A program made the position numbers and the translations under genes. Positions 10,817 through 22,173 of a DNA stretch of 64,000 nucleotides are shown here, piece after piece; the first letter of the stretch is position 1, and each line of letters opens with the position of its first letter. The DNA is from Promethearchaeota archaeon (GTDB taxonomy: Archaea > Asgardarchaeota > Lokiarchaeia > Sigyniarchaeales > SOKP01). A model generated the notes under the pieces. It ran no database searches. It saw only the letters and a program-made list of their open reading frames with translations, and was not told the origin of the DNA. The stretch lies in assembly GCA_011364925.1 (NCBI GenBank), contig RDOA01000002.1:32001-96000 (forward strand), in the 5' to 3' direction.

Positions 10817-12034
10817 ATGAGTTTATCAGAATTATCTGTCAGCGAGAAATTGAAAATTGTTGGGGAAAAACACTCTCAAATTTATGAAATTATGAGTTCA
10901 AATCAAATTGATTGTTGGATTATCTTCACTCGAGAAACCGAAACAACTCCAGATTCCATTATGGAATTTGTTGTAGGAAACGATATAGTTTTGCAATCAG
11001 CATTCATCTTTGCAATTTATCAGAATGAGTTAAAAAAATATGCCATAGTTGGCAGTTTCGACGCTAACACAGAAAAAGAGAAGGGTTTATGGGACGAAGT
11101 GATTGGATATGGGCACGGTATTAAAGAACACTTGCAAGACAAACTTAAGATGTTAAATCCAGAGAAAATCGCCTTGGATTATTCTTTAAATGATGTTTCC
11201 GCAGACGGGCTAACACATGGGATGTACTTAATCCTAGAAGATTTACTAAAAGAATATTCTGATAGGTTTTTTAGTGCTGAGCCAATAATCCGAGCAGTTA
11301 GAGGCAGAAAAACACAGACAGAACTAAAATTGATAACTGAGGCGTGTAGGATTACCGAGGAAATTAATAGTCAAATTACCGCATATTTAAGGGTTGGTAT
11401 GAGTGAATTAGAAATCCAAAGTAAGTTTTATGAACTCGTTGAAAAGTATAATGTAGGTTATGCTTGGAAAAAACACCAAAATCCTATGTGCGATGCAGGA
11501 CCCGATAAAGAATTTGGACATGTATCACCTCAGCCTAATTCCTATACTAAATCAGGTTATACACTTCATAATGATTTTGGTGTGAAATATAAAGGGTATT
11601 GCTCTGATCTTCAACGAATGTGGTTTTTTGGAAGTAAAGAAGAGGTTCCTCAAGAGCTACGAGATGGGATTGACACAATTGTTCAGGCTATACAACTTTC
11701 TGCTGAAAAGATTAAACCGGGTGTTGAAGGATGGGAGATTGACAAGATTGCTCGTGATTTTATCGTAAGTAAGGGATACAAAGAGTATATGCACGGTCTA
11801 GGTCACCCAGTGGGGATTAAAGCCCATGATGGGGGCGGATTAATGGGACCCCTCTGGGAGCGCTATGGTGAATTACCTAAGACTCAATTAGAAGAAGGGC
11901 AAGTATTTACATTAGAACCAAGCCTCTGGACTAAAAATTATGGAATGATTGCATTAGAAGAAATGGTAATGATAACAAAGACAGGATGCAAATTCATTGT
12001 TGAACCTGCTCATGATTTTTTATACATCGATTAA
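10817..12034 (+). CDS. Xaa-Pro peptidase (M24B family)
   Basis: Metal ligands in DFG..GYCSDLQR, HGLGHPVG..HD, TLEP, LEE. Confidence 0.92.
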   Translation: MSLSELSVSEKLKIVGEKHSQIYEIMSSNQIDCWIIFTRETETTPDSIMEFVVGNDIVLQSAFIFAIYQNELKKYAIVGSFDANTEKEKGLWDEVIGYGHGIKEHLQDKLKMLNPEKIALDYSLNDVSADGLTHGMYLILEDLLKEYSDRFFSAEPIIRAVRGRKTQTELKLITEACRITEEINSQITAYLRVGMSELEIQSKFYELVEKYNVGYAWKKHQNPMCDAGPDKEFGHVSPQPNSYTKSGYTLHNDFGVKYKGYCSDLQRMWFFGSKEEVPQELRDGIDTIVQAIQLSAEKIKPGVEGWEIDKIARDFIVSKGYKEYMHGLGHPVGIKAHDGGGLMGPLWERYGELPKTQLEEGQVFTLEPSLWTKNYGMIALEEMVMITKTGCKFIVEPAHDFLYID

Positions 12035-12103
12035 GGAAAAGAATAAAGGTTCGTTGCTTTTTAACGCTTAAATTTGAATAAAAAGCTTAAATTTGTAATT
12101 GCC

Positions 12104-13729
12104 TCATTCGTTTAAGCGTTTATACGTTTTTTTCATAATTTTATAAATGTTTGTAAATTCATTAAAGAGTTTGTTGTATACCGCTCTGTTTTCTGGATTT
12201 GGTGTAAATATATTTGAATATTGAATTAAGTCAGGAATTTGATCCCAAGTTAGATATCCAAGCCCAACCGCTGCAATAAAAGCAGCTCCACGCGCATTTG
12301 CTTGTATCGGATCTTTTACTTGCTTTATTGTTCTATTGAGAACATCAGCAAAAATTTGACACCAGATGTTACTCGTAGCTCCACCACCGATCATACTTAC
12401 TTCTGGTATAACTATGTCATTTTTAGTCATTCCGGGATTTTCTTTAATTTTCTTCTTTTGGATAAATTTCTCAAGATAAATAAACAACCAATTAATATTA
12501 TACGCAACCCCTTCAAATATAGCTCTAATTAAATGTTCTCTTGACATTTCTAAAGAGAGGTTGTAAATACCCCCCCTTATTGTACTATCGTCCACTGGTG
12601 ATCGTTCTCCAATAAGCCAAGGAGTAAAAATTAGATTATTTGAACCAGCAGGTACATTCTCGACCATTCTATCAAAAATCTTATACACATCTGGTACTGC
12701 TTCTTCTCTTAGTAATTCATCTTTATGATATAAAATGTTGTCCCTTAGAAATGATAATGCTCCTCCAGCAATTTCCTGTTCATTAACAGCCATATATCTG
12801 CCGGGAATTCCTGAAGCAATCGCACCAATATCATGAAATATATCAGTATTTTTAAAAGGTATATGGCACACAACCCAATCACTCGTACCAATGTAAATAT
12901 GGGTATCATAGTTTCTCACAGCACCCGATCCTATCGCTGCGGATGGAACATCAGGAGCTCCTGCTATAACTTTTGTATTTTTATCCAATCCCAGTTCATT
13001 AGCAACTTCTGCTGTGATTGAACCCAGAACATCGGTGGAATTTATTAAATCGGAGGGTAATTTACTCTGATCTAATTTGCACATTTTAAGTAATTTTTTA
13101 GAATATTCTATCTTGTTAATATTTCTAATATCAGTTAACCAATGTACTCCTATAGTCGTATAAGAAGAAGCAAACTTTCCAGTTAATCTTAAATTAATAT
13201 AATCCTGTGGTTCCAAAAACATATATGTTTTATTATAAATGTCTGAATATTCATTTTTTATCAATAACATGTGTGCTATAGGATCCTTACCACTTAAACC
13301 CGGAGCACCGCCAGTTCTTTTTACCCATTTTAATGCTTTAATGATATTCATTCCAGAAAATTTTATTAAACCTTTATAAACCTCTTTTATGTAGGGAGCT
13401 CCTCTTGTATCCATCCATATTACCGCGTTCATTAAATGGTTCCCATTCTCATCTAATGGAACTGTACCAGACCATTGACTTGTATTGGAAATGCCTACGA
13501 TATCTTTGACTGAGACATGTCCATTCGCTATGACCTTTTTTGATGTATTAACAATTGCGTTCCACCAATCTTCAGGATCCTGTTCGACGCCCCCTCCTTT
13601 TTCTACATGTAATGGGACTTCTTGAAAAGCCCAATCGATAACATCACCATGAGTTGAGACTATAGCAGTCTTTGGTCCGCCTGTACCATGATCTATAGCA
13701 AGTATGTATTTCTTTTCTGAATCTGACAT
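12104..13729 (-). CDS. FGGY family carbohydrate kinase (xylulokinase-like)
   Basis: AIDHGTGGPK, EQDPEDWW, IWMDTRG, PWLIGERSP, RAIFEGVA. Confidence 0.92.
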   Translation of the reverse strand: MSDSEKKYILAIDHGTGGPKTAIVSTHGDVIDWAFQEVPLHVEKGGGVEQDPEDWWNAIVNTSKKVIANGHVSVKDIVGISNTSQWSGTVPLDENGNHLMNAVIWMDTRGAPYIKEVYKGLIKFSGMNIIKALKWVKRTGGAPGLSGKDPIAHMLLIKNEYSDIYNKTYMFLEPQDYINLRLTGKFASSYTTIGVHWLTDIRNINKIEYSKKLLKMCKLDQSKLPSDLINSTDVLGSITAEVANELGLDKNTKVIAGAPDVPSAAIGSGAVRNYDTHIYIGTSDWVVCHIPFKNTDIFHDIGAIASGIPGRYMAVNEQEIAGGALSFLRDNILYHKDELLREEAVPDVYKIFDRMVENVPAGSNNLIFTPWLIGERSPVDDSTIRGGIYNLSLEMSREHLIRAIFEGVAYNINWLFIYLEKFIQKKKIKENPGMTKNDIVIPEVSMIGGGATSNIWCQIFADVLNRTIKQVKDPIQANARGAAFIAAVGLGYLTWDQIPDLIQYSNIFTPNPENRAVYNKLFNEFTNIYKIMKKTYKRLNE

Positions 13730-13881
13730 AATTAATATTAATGTTGTTAAGGTAAATAAAGATTATTTGAACCTTAGATTTAGATTATTAATGGAACAGC
13801 AAAAAATACTTAAATATAAATAATTTTAGTTTTATCATTTTATTTGCTCAGATAAGGGTTAAGGTTTTACTTTTTCATATT

Positions 13882-16056
13882 TTGCTCAAAGGTGAATATT
13901 CAATCTCAAATTCAAAAGGAATCAAACAACTAGGAATAGTACTTATAGGCACAATTTTAATGAGCTTTATTTTAGCTATTACTTTACCAATTACTATAAC
14001 TCAAAAATCCCAAGAAAATAAGAATTTAGGGTTGCACACCCAAGCTGAAAGGCATATTTCAAGTCAATGGCTAAAGAATCCTACTTTTGATAATCCAAAT
14101 GATTCTTGGTTCTATAATATTGAAGGAGATAATTCGGATGTTAATGCTAGTTGTAAAGATGGTAAAGCAGATTTTAAAGTCTTAGGTAATCGACATTCTT
14201 ACTCCTTAATCGCAGATCCGCCCTTAGCTTCAAATTGGACAGTAAAAAACAATGCAAATTTTCCAAATCGTCCACAAGTATACGAAATCTCGAATGAAGG
14301 TTTTAGAGCATCTCACCTATACAATGATCAGACAGCTATATCAAATCCAAGCGTCCAATGGGAGAGAAATGTCAGCTTACCTGTCTATATGTCGGATTAC
14401 ACAATAGATATGGCATCTATTGATGTAAAAGTTTATGCAAATGCTTCTTTAAATATTGATCGAGAAGGTGATACTGAAGGAAGGGATGATCATGTAGCTT
14501 CTGTCGAAACATACGATGTAGGAGATTATGTTCGATTTTACGCGTTGATTTCTGATTTAGAAAAAAGAAAAGTCTATGAAATTGCATATTTTCAAACAGA
14601 AAGTTTAGGAGCAGGTAATCCTCCTGGAGAGGATATTTTAGAAGACACTATGATGGAGAGTGTTCCTGAGGATGATTTAACTTTTTATATTTCTTCAGTT
14701 TTAGAATCCGATCACAAGAATTTTACTTTATCAATAGGAATGATTCTTCATTTTGAAGATAATATTGTTTCAAATTGGGATTATGACAAATTTAATGAAG
14801 TAATTATAAAATCTGTTAACTTAACTTTTGGTTATTCAAAAAAAATAGATCAATCTACAGCAGTCTCTTGGAATCAAATAGGAAATTCTATTATGGGTGA
14901 GCGGATTGAAATTGAATCGGTCAGTCTTTCTTTCAAATATAAAATTGATAGTTTTTGGTCAAGTGATTTATCTCTTAATTCTAAAATGCAAATTTTGATT
15001 AATAATTATGACTGTGGCTATTTTATCAAATTGAGTTCATTTAATACTACTTATAAAGACTTCAGAATAGAAGGTACAGAAATTAACCCTTACATTTTAA
15101 AAAATATTAATATCTCATTATCAATTCAAGTTTTTATCGGTGATGAATTTCTATTAACTTACCCTTTTACAATCTCAATTGATGACATTTATTTTCAAAT
15201 ATCGTACACTTTATGGGTCGAAGATGAAATAGTTAATAATGATTTTATTTGGATAGTATTAATAATTTCATTTATAGTAATAGGATTACTTGCAGCTTTA
15301 AGTTTAAGATCGTATGTTTTATTACCCAGGCAGCAAAGAAAGAAATCTTATTTGATACTAAGAACTCAGAAATTTAAAGATGTAAGAAATTTACAAGCGA
15401 TTATAGCAATGCACAAACCAAGTGGACTTCCTATATACTCCCAAAGTTATTCTTCGATTATGAAGGGTAAGAAAACGCTTTTTTCGGGATTCATTCAGGC
15501 TGTATCGATTATTGGTGAAGAAATGACTAGATCTGATAAACAGGATGGAAAAAAAAAAAAATCCAAGGACAAAATTGATTTTCATAAAGTTATAGAACTC
15601 GATCTAAAACAATTTTATTGTCTTGTCTTGGATGTGGAAGAGTTAAGAACGGTCCTTATTTTAAAATCCAAATCTTCAAAACGCTTAAAGGAGATATTAG
15701 TGCATTTTAGTTTTGGTCTATATGTAAAAATATCAGATAGATTAAAGAACTGGGATAACGACCTTAATAATTTAGATGAGATCATTCGAACTTTGGTTTA
15801 CGAGTATTTTGATATTTACTACAAAGATCCGTTTAGTGTGAATATTGAAGAATCGGAGCTTATGAAGTATAAAAAGAAATTGAACCTATCTAAATTTGAG
15901 TTCCAAATTATGAATATAATATTCATGATCTTAAAGGAGAAGAGTCATTTTAAACTAATGGATATTCTTGAAAGAGAGACTGATAAAGACGAGGATCAAA
16001 TTATCAGCGCGTTAGAATCATTAATTGAATTCAAACTGATTAGACCTATTAAATAG
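13882..16056 (+). CDS. Membrane protein: large extracytoplasmic beta-rich region, one TM, cytoplasmic longin-like domain and C-terminal helical/wHTH-like tail
   Basis: N-terminal hydrophobic segment, TM at about 15244-15325, then LQAIIAMHKPSGLPIYS...LFSGFIQAVSIIGEEM. Confidence 0.65.
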   Translation: MLKGEYSISNSKGIKQLGIVLIGTILMSFILAITLPITITQKSQENKNLGLHTQAERHISSQWLKNPTFDNPNDSWFYNIEGDNSDVNASCKDGKADFKVLGNRHSYSLIADPPLASNWTVKNNANFPNRPQVYEISNEGFRASHLYNDQTAISNPSVQWERNVSLPVYMSDYTIDMASIDVKVYANASLNIDREGDTEGRDDHVASVETYDVGDYVRFYALISDLEKRKVYEIAYFQTESLGAGNPPGEDILEDTMMESVPEDDLTFYISSVLESDHKNFTLSIGMILHFEDNIVSNWDYDKFNEVIIKSVNLTFGYSKKIDQSTAVSWNQIGNSIMGERIEIESVSLSFKYKIDSFWSSDLSLNSKMQILINNYDCGYFIKLSSFNTTYKDFRIEGTEINPYILKNINISLSIQVFIGDEFLLTYPFTISIDDIYFQISYTLWVEDEIVNNDFIWIVLIISFIVIGLLAALSLRSYVLLPRQQRKKSYLILRTQKFKDVRNLQAIIAMHKPSGLPIYSQSYSSIMKGKKTLFSGFIQAVSIIGEEMTRSDKQDGKKKKSKDKIDFHKVIELDLKQFYCLVLDVEELRTVLILKSKSSKRLKEILVHFSFGLYVKISDRLKNWDNDLNNLDEIIRTLVYEYFDIYYKDPFSVNIEESELMKYKKKLNLSKFEFQIMNIIFMILKEKSHFKLMDILERETDKDEDQIISALESLIEFKLIRPIK

Positions 16057-16193
16057 GTTTCAACCTATATTTTAAAGCTGAAATCTCTAAAATGAAAAAT
16101 TCTTTTTCAACCGAAATGTTTTCTAATTAAATTAATTAGTTTTGCTACTTATACTTTAATAAAGGAAATTAAGGTCTTAGTTGATGATTTGTA

Positions 16194-17591
16194 ATGGAAT
16201 ACGAAGAAAAAGTTGAAAAAATTAAAAATATCGTTGATTCGCCTATAAGCAAGTTTAAACCCGAAGAATTAAAGGCGATTGTTGAACGATACGAGAAAAA
16301 CCATGTTAAATCTAAAAAAGCCTTTGAAAGGGCTAGGAAAATTATCCCTGGTGGAGTAGAACATAATCTTGCTTTTAATTTTCCTTTTCCTTTAGCTAGC
16401 AAGCGTGTTTTCGATTGCTATATGGAAACGGTTGACGACATTGTATTGACGGATTATTTAATGGACGGAGGACCTATAATTCTTGGACACAATCATCCGG
16501 TGTTAACAGAGAAAATAATAGAAGTTATTCGGGATATTGGACCGTGTCATGGAATAACTAACGAATATGAATATCTTGCAGCAGAAGAGCTTCAAAAGTA
16601 TTATCCTTCCTGTGAAATTATAAGATGGCTGCAAACCGGTACAGAAGCTGATATGCTTGCGATTAGAATCGCTAGAGTTGCAACTAATCGTAAATGGGTA
16701 ATTAAAATAGGAGGAAGTTACCATGGCTGGTCAGATCAGTTAGTTTACGATATGCACGTGCCTGGAACAAAACTATTGGAATCGCACGGTATTCCTAAAG
16801 ATGTGTTTAAATATACTGATTCTTGTCCTCCAAATGAAATCGAGACGCTACGAGAAATGTTTAAGGAAAAACGAAAAGTTGCCGCGGTCATAATTGAACC
16901 GATGGGAGGTGAGTCCGGAGCGATACCTGTTAGACCAGAATTTAATAAAGAAGTAGAAGAGCTCTGTCACGAAAACAAAACGCTCTTGATATCAGATGAA
17001 GTAGTGTGTGCTTTTAGATTACATATGGGTGGCGGTCAAGCGTATTATGGCTATGAACCTGATTTATCTGTGTTTGGGAAAATCGTTGGACACGGATACC
17101 CCTCAGCTGCAGCAATTGGGGGGAAAGAGGAGTACATGAACTATTGCGCGGCAGGTGTAAGTGGTGGAAAAAGAGCTTATAGCGGGGGAACTCTAGCAGC
17201 AAATCCTTTAACTTGTGCCGCTGCGTATCACGCAATTAAGTTAGTTGAGGAAACTGGTGCCACAGAAATAGCAGCAAGAGCTGGGGCTCGCCTGGCAAAT
17301 GGTTTGAATAATGTGTTCGAACAATACGATTTACCATGGTTTTCGTACAATTTGGGTGGAACAGTTCACTTTCATACTTCATGTTTATTTGGATTGAGTT
17401 TTGATAATCCTGATCAAGTTGGACAACTTCCATTAAGGAAAACATTTATGGAACACATGGGAGCAGCTTTAGTGGATCAGGAACTAATATCTGTTGCAGG
17501 AAGTAGGTTTTACACATGTATTCTTCATTCCGACAAGATAATTGATGAGACTGTCGAAAAAATTGAAGAAATATGTAAAAAAATCGAGTGA
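16194..17591 (+). CDS. Class III PLP aminotransferase (GSA aminomutase-like)
   Basis: IIPGGV, GPIILGH, GGSYHGWSD, IIEP, SDEV, FGKIVGHG, SGGTLAANP. Confidence 0.88.
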   Translation: MEYEEKVEKIKNIVDSPISKFKPEELKAIVERYEKNHVKSKKAFERARKIIPGGVEHNLAFNFPFPLASKRVFDCYMETVDDIVLTDYLMDGGPIILGHNHPVLTEKIIEVIRDIGPCHGITNEYEYLAAEELQKYYPSCEIIRWLQTGTEADMLAIRIARVATNRKWVIKIGGSYHGWSDQLVYDMHVPGTKLLESHGIPKDVFKYTDSCPPNEIETLREMFKEKRKVAAVIIEPMGGESGAIPVRPEFNKEVEELCHENKTLLISDEVVCAFRLHMGGGQAYYGYEPDLSVFGKIVGHGYPSAAAIGGKEEYMNYCAAGVSGGKRAYSGGTLAANPLTCAAAYHAIKLVEETGATEIAARAGARLANGLNNVFEQYDLPWFSYNLGGTVHFHTSCLFGLSFDNPDQVGQLPLRKTFMEHMGAALVDQELISVAGSRFYTCILHSDKIIDETVEKIEEICKKIE

Positions 17592-17723
17592 AATTAATTC
17601 AAGTATATTATTTTCTTTTTACTCTTACATCTTTTTTGACCGTCTTGTAAAAATAATGTATAGTTTTTAATGGTTACATAAATTAAGTCTTATAATTTAC
17701 AAACTTTAGATTATCTGTAGTTT

Positions 17724-20700
17724 ATGAAATCTAACAAATTAAGCGCTTATTCAATAATCAAGTACATTTCATATGAAGCTTTATTAGAGGAACAGCTTCA
17801 ATCAACAACAGAAAACGAAAGGCTGTTTGAGCGGTTAGCTAAAAAGAGGAATGTATTAAAGATTAAATTTCTTTCCTATAAAATTATTAACAGCATTATC
17901 TTTGCAGTTCAGCCCATTTTTCTCTTAATGGCATATTCAACCCTAAATTCGAATCTATACGATTTTTTAGATTTCCATACCATGTTTTTTATCAAGGCGG
18001 TAAATTTCCATTTCTTTTTTATTGTTCAGCTTTTCAACTTCTTTTTATTAGGGCTTTTTAGCATGACAACAATCATGTCTGGTGATATGTATGAATGGAT
18101 CAAAACTTTTCCATTGTCACGGAGAGATTTGAAAAAATTGGCATTTTACAGCATATACCATAACTTAAATGTGCCAATCATAATAAACACATTAGCGTTT
18201 CCTGTAATAATGCTGATAGCAACACAAAATTTTATAGTTTTTCTAATTTCTTTAGGGATCTCGATATTAAATATGATATTTTCTCTTTCAGTACTGATTA
18301 TTTCGAGTGAGAGAATTGCTAAATTTATGAAACGGTTTAGTAAAAAATCAAGAAAGCCACTCATCGTTCAATTGCTTAACACTTTTAGTTATGTATTAGT
18401 CATTTTTGGGGGAATATTCGTCATCGAAATTGCTTTAAATCTCTTAATTCCATTTCTGTTGAATTTAACAGATATATATTTTGTTCGATTATACAATCTT
18501 ATTCTCTTCTTGATACCATTTCCATTTAACGCAAGTTATTTAGTTTTATTATTTACTAGTGCTCCTCAGATGCATATTATCTTTTGGCTTAATCTTCTAT
18601 ACGGTTTTGGTTTGTACTTAATTTCCATTTATTTTCTTCTGCGTAAATCGTTTAAATCGCTTAATTCGGTTATATTATTAAAGTATAAAGAAAAGAGCGG
18701 AGAAGGCGATCTTGTTGATAATAAATATCCATTGAAAATTCATGCTATATCGCATTTCAAAGCATTTATTCGAAAAGATTTATTAACTGCTTCAAGAGAT
18801 TTGCAAACTTCCATGTATTTCATAATGCCAATCGTTTACTCCTTTACGTCTATGTTCTTTTTTAATTTCAGTCTACTTAGTGGGATGGGACCACTGGATA
18901 TTAATTTATTTTTAACGAATTGGATAGTAATTTTAGGATTGAGCCCAGTGCTTTCAGCTGTTATAGTATATAGCGTATTAAATATCGATAAACAAGGAAT
19001 AATACTATTAAATACCCTCCCAATTATAAGACGCCATCAAGCAACATCAAAATTGGTTATTGTAATTATAATCCAACTCTTAGCTGTATTATCTCCATCT
19101 TTAATTTATATTCTTAATCCTAATTTTATGGATATATTTTTAGCTAGTGTATTAGCCTTGCCCTTAGTATTATCGTTTACTCTTACAACATTTATAATGA
19201 GAGTACGCTATTTTGGAAAGAAAAAATATTATTATACTCTAGACGAAGTATTGTCTAATAATAAGATTGGAAAATGGACTTTAATTCTTTTAAGTAATTA
19301 TTTAATCTATGTATTTGCTATCCTAATCTCTACTTATGTTTTTTATGTCTTTAATTTTCTAATATTCATTTTTAATGAAGTCTTCCTTTCACTGATATTT
19401 TTGACCATTGTCATGAGTAAATTCAAAAAGTATTTCCCGAAAGAAGGTAGGAGAAATAGGAGTTTGACTATAGCAATTTCATTAATATATTGCTATGTAA
19501 TTGCTCATTTATTACTCTTAAGCTCAGTTTTATCAATTTCACTGCAATACGCAATTGTAATAGCCTGTATATGTTTGACAGGAATTATCCTTACCTTTAA
19601 ATATACTAAATTTCCTTTACGGATTTTAAAAAGAATGTTTGAAAAGCTAAAACCAAATTCTGAAGTGAAAGACCCTAGACAAGAACGTAATTGGATGCGC
19701 GTCATCATTTTGATTTCAGGGTTGTTCTTTGCTTATTCTCTTATACCTATAATCGTACACTTTACAACGACAGAGTATCTTCTAATTGGTATATTCTTAG
19801 TTATATTTAGTATATCTTTAATTCTCCTGACATTCAAAAGTCATAACAAAGATTCCAAAAAAGAGTTAGTCGAATCTAAAGAATTCTTCCAAATTGATTT
19901 TTTAAAAGCATTTATGATCTTTATGGTAATTTTCGATCACACTATACCATGGACGATTAAAAATGGAATGGGAGTTGCGTTATGGGAGAGGATTGCTATT
20001 CCCGTGTTTTTAGTTATTATGGGCTTTAATTTTGGACATTCATATAAGACTCGTGGTAAAGATAATTTTGGGACTAATTATTTGTTTAGAAAATTATCTC
20101 GATATTTGCTTCCATTTGTGATCATTTATGTGATTTCAGTTGGTCTTGGTTTATATTTTTACCATACTACTGATGTTCGAGTCTGGTTATTACGACAGGA
20201 TTCACCATATTCTTTCATTCATCTTTTTATCGGAATTCTTCCTTTTTGGGGTCCTGGAAACTGGTTTATGCCATTGTTATTTGGTAGTATCATTATACTT
20301 CCCATAATATTTAAAGGGTTTTCCGGGAGAACCATCTGGGCAATTATTACTTTGGTGTTATGTTTTCTTATTGAAATTGGTATGCAGTATATAGTATATT
20401 CTCAATTTCGACCGTTTGATTATGGTAATATATCTATTGTTTACATGTTCCTCTTAAATATACTATACTACACTTCAGCACTAGGATTGGGCATGTGGAT
20501 TTCAAGAAAACATGAGCTCTACAGTTGGCATAATCTTATTATTTGGATACTCTTCTCCTTAAGTCTTATTTATATTATTTGGTACCAATTTTTTGGTTTT
20601 AGATTAAGGGACAGTTCTGGCGTACCACTTTTAACTGGCGATTATAATTTCTTAGTCACTCCTTATGCTGCGTTTTTAGTTTTGTTCGTGATAAAAATTC

Positions 20701-20984
20701 TACCTAAAACAAAGAAAGGTATCATTACCAGATCTATTTCGGTGATAGGAAAATCCACATACCATATTCTTTTGGTACAAATTATGTATTTTGCGATTTT
20801 GATAGCAATTTATGGTGATCACTATGGTACAAGTATTTTGGGTACTGCTACTACCGATCTAAATTATTTTTTTAATCTCTTTCTCAATTGGGCACTATGC
20901 GTGCCAATTGGAATAATTTGGTGGTCAATAGAAAATTCAATTCGGAATTCTTGGAGAAAGAAATATAAAAAACCAACAAATTGA
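17724..20984 (+). CDS. Fusion of ABC-2-type permease-like membrane region and acyltransferase-3 (OafA-like) domain
   Basis: Duplicated permease-like halves (KAFIRKDLLTASRD); C-terminal QIDFLKAF..MVIFDH, IPVFLVIMGF, GNWFM, IGKSTYHILLVQ. Confidence 0.7.
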   Translation: MKSNKLSAYSIIKYISYEALLEEQLQSTTENERLFERLAKKRNVLKIKFLSYKIINSIIFAVQPIFLLMAYSTLNSNLYDFLDFHTMFFIKAVNFHFFFIVQLFNFFLLGLFSMTTIMSGDMYEWIKTFPLSRRDLKKLAFYSIYHNLNVPIIINTLAFPVIMLIATQNFIVFLISLGISILNMIFSLSVLIISSERIAKFMKRFSKKSRKPLIVQLLNTFSYVLVIFGGIFVIEIALNLLIPFLLNLTDIYFVRLYNLILFLIPFPFNASYLVLLFTSAPQMHIIFWLNLLYGFGLYLISIYFLLRKSFKSLNSVILLKYKEKSGEGDLVDNKYPLKIHAISHFKAFIRKDLLTASRDLQTSMYFIMPIVYSFTSMFFFNFSLLSGMGPLDINLFLTNWIVILGLSPVLSAVIVYSVLNIDKQGIILLNTLPIIRRHQATSKLVIVIIIQLLAVLSPSLIYILNPNFMDIFLASVLALPLVLSFTLTTFIMRVRYFGKKKYYYTLDEVLSNNKIGKWTLILLSNYLIYVFAILISTYVFYVFNFLIFIFNEVFLSLIFLTIVMSKFKKYFPKEGRRNRSLTIAISLIYCYVIAHLLLLSSVLSISLQYAIVIACICLTGIILTFKYTKFPLRILKRMFEKLKPNSEVKDPRQERNWMRVIILISGLFFAYSLIPIIVHFTTTEYLLIGIFLVIFSISLILLTFKSHNKDSKKELVESKEFFQIDFLKAFMIFMVIFDHTIPWTIKNGMGVALWERIAIPVFLVIMGFNFGHSYKTRGKDNFGTNYLFRKLSRYLLPFVIIYVISVGLGLYFYHTTDVRVWLLRQDSPYSFIHLFIGILPFWGPGNWFMPLLFGSIIILPIIFKGFSGRTIWAIITLVLCFLIEIGMQYIVYSQFRPFDYGNISIVYMFLLNILYYTSALGLGMWISRKHELYSWHNLIIWILFSLSLIYIIWYQFFGFRLRDSSGVPLLTGDYNFLVTPYAAFLVLFVIKILPKTKKGIITRSISVIGKSTYHILLVQIMYFAILIAIYGDHYGTSILGTATTDLNYFFNLFLNWALCVPIGIIWWSIENSIRNSWRKKYKKPTN

Positions 20985-21035
20985 AAGAATTTTAAAAGAA
21001 AATTTTAATATGATTTTTAATTTTTTTAAGAAAAT

Positions 21036-22070
21036 GTGATTATTATGGGAGATCAGAACGAGATTACTAATCCATCGAATTTGTTCAATAAAGATGGTTC
21101 TTTAGTTCAAAAAGGTTGGGCTCGGAAACCAATTTTAAAATATAATAAAGAATATATCGGGAAAGGTTGGACGCGAATTAAAGAATGGGATCATTTTTCT
21201 GTTCTAAATAAAAATTTTGGTTTCCAATTAACTATAGGGGATATTGGATATTTAACTCAAATGAGTTATGCTTGGCTAGATTTTAAAGAAAAAAAGAGAG
21301 ACGGTAAGGGCTTATTCAAATTCTTTACAAAATCAAAAACTCTTCCAATAAGTTCTTTAGAAGACAGTAAAATCGAATTTCCTACGAAAAAATTTAATGC
21401 TACAATATCAAAAGAAAAAAATAAGAGGATTCTGACGATTGACGATCCCTCTTTTCAAGATATTGGATTAAAAGGAAGTATTACTTTACACGATGATCCA
21501 AAGGCCGATAATACTGTTGTTGTTACTGGTTATAAAGAAAATCCAAGATTGTTTTATTATAACCATAAGATCAATTATATGCCCGCTGAAGGTTCTCTTA
21601 CGATTGGAGATAAATTGTATTCGTTTGAACCAGAAACTTCTTACGCACTTATGGACTGGGGTCGCGGAATTTGGCCTTATAAAACTCATTGGTTATGGGG
21701 TTCAGCTTGCGGACTTGATGACGGAGTTCCTGTTGCCTTTAATATTGGGTATGGTTTCGGAGATTTATCTACTCACACAGAAAATATCGTTTTTTACGAT
21801 GGTAAAGCACACAAAATAGATGAGGTCGAATTTCATCACGAAAATAGAGATCCAACAAAGCCTTGGAAGTTTACCAGTAATGACAACCGGTTTAATATGA
21901 CTCTAGATCCAATCATCCCTCACAAAGAAAAACTCAATTTCGGCTTGATTTATTTAAATTCGTCGCTACTCCATGGTTTGTATTCTGGAGAAGTTGTTCT
22001 TGACAATGGGGAAAAAATTAAGATCGAAAATATGCTAGGGCACGCCGAAGATATTTATTGGCGTTGGTAA
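21036..22070 (+). CDS. DUF2804 family protein
   Basis: GWARKP, RIKEWD, FYYNHK, DWGRGIWPY.THWLW, TEN, KPWKF motifs. Confidence 0.8.
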   Translation: MIIMGDQNEITNPSNLFNKDGSLVQKGWARKPILKYNKEYIGKGWTRIKEWDHFSVLNKNFGFQLTIGDIGYLTQMSYAWLDFKEKKRDGKGLFKFFTKSKTLPISSLEDSKIEFPTKKFNATISKEKNKRILTIDDPSFQDIGLKGSITLHDDPKADNTVVVTGYKENPRLFYYNHKINYMPAEGSLTIGDKLYSFEPETSYALMDWGRGIWPYKTHWLWGSACGLDDGVPVAFNIGYGFGDLSTHTENIVFYDGKAHKIDEVEFHHENRDPTKPWKFTSNDNRFNMTLDPIIPHKEKLNFGLIYLNSSLLHGLYSGEVVLDNGEKIKIENMLGHAEDIYWRW

Positions 22071-22173
22071 AACACTGTTTTTTACGATTTAAAATAACTT
22101 TGCAAGAAGATTCTTCGAACATTTAAGGTATATATTCCAAATTTTTATCAGTTAATACACCAATAACGCTATA

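Noticed and set aside
16194-17591. Assigning hemL
   Set aside because: Family-level match only; extended N-terminus, divergent motifs and no tetrapyrrole genes nearby.
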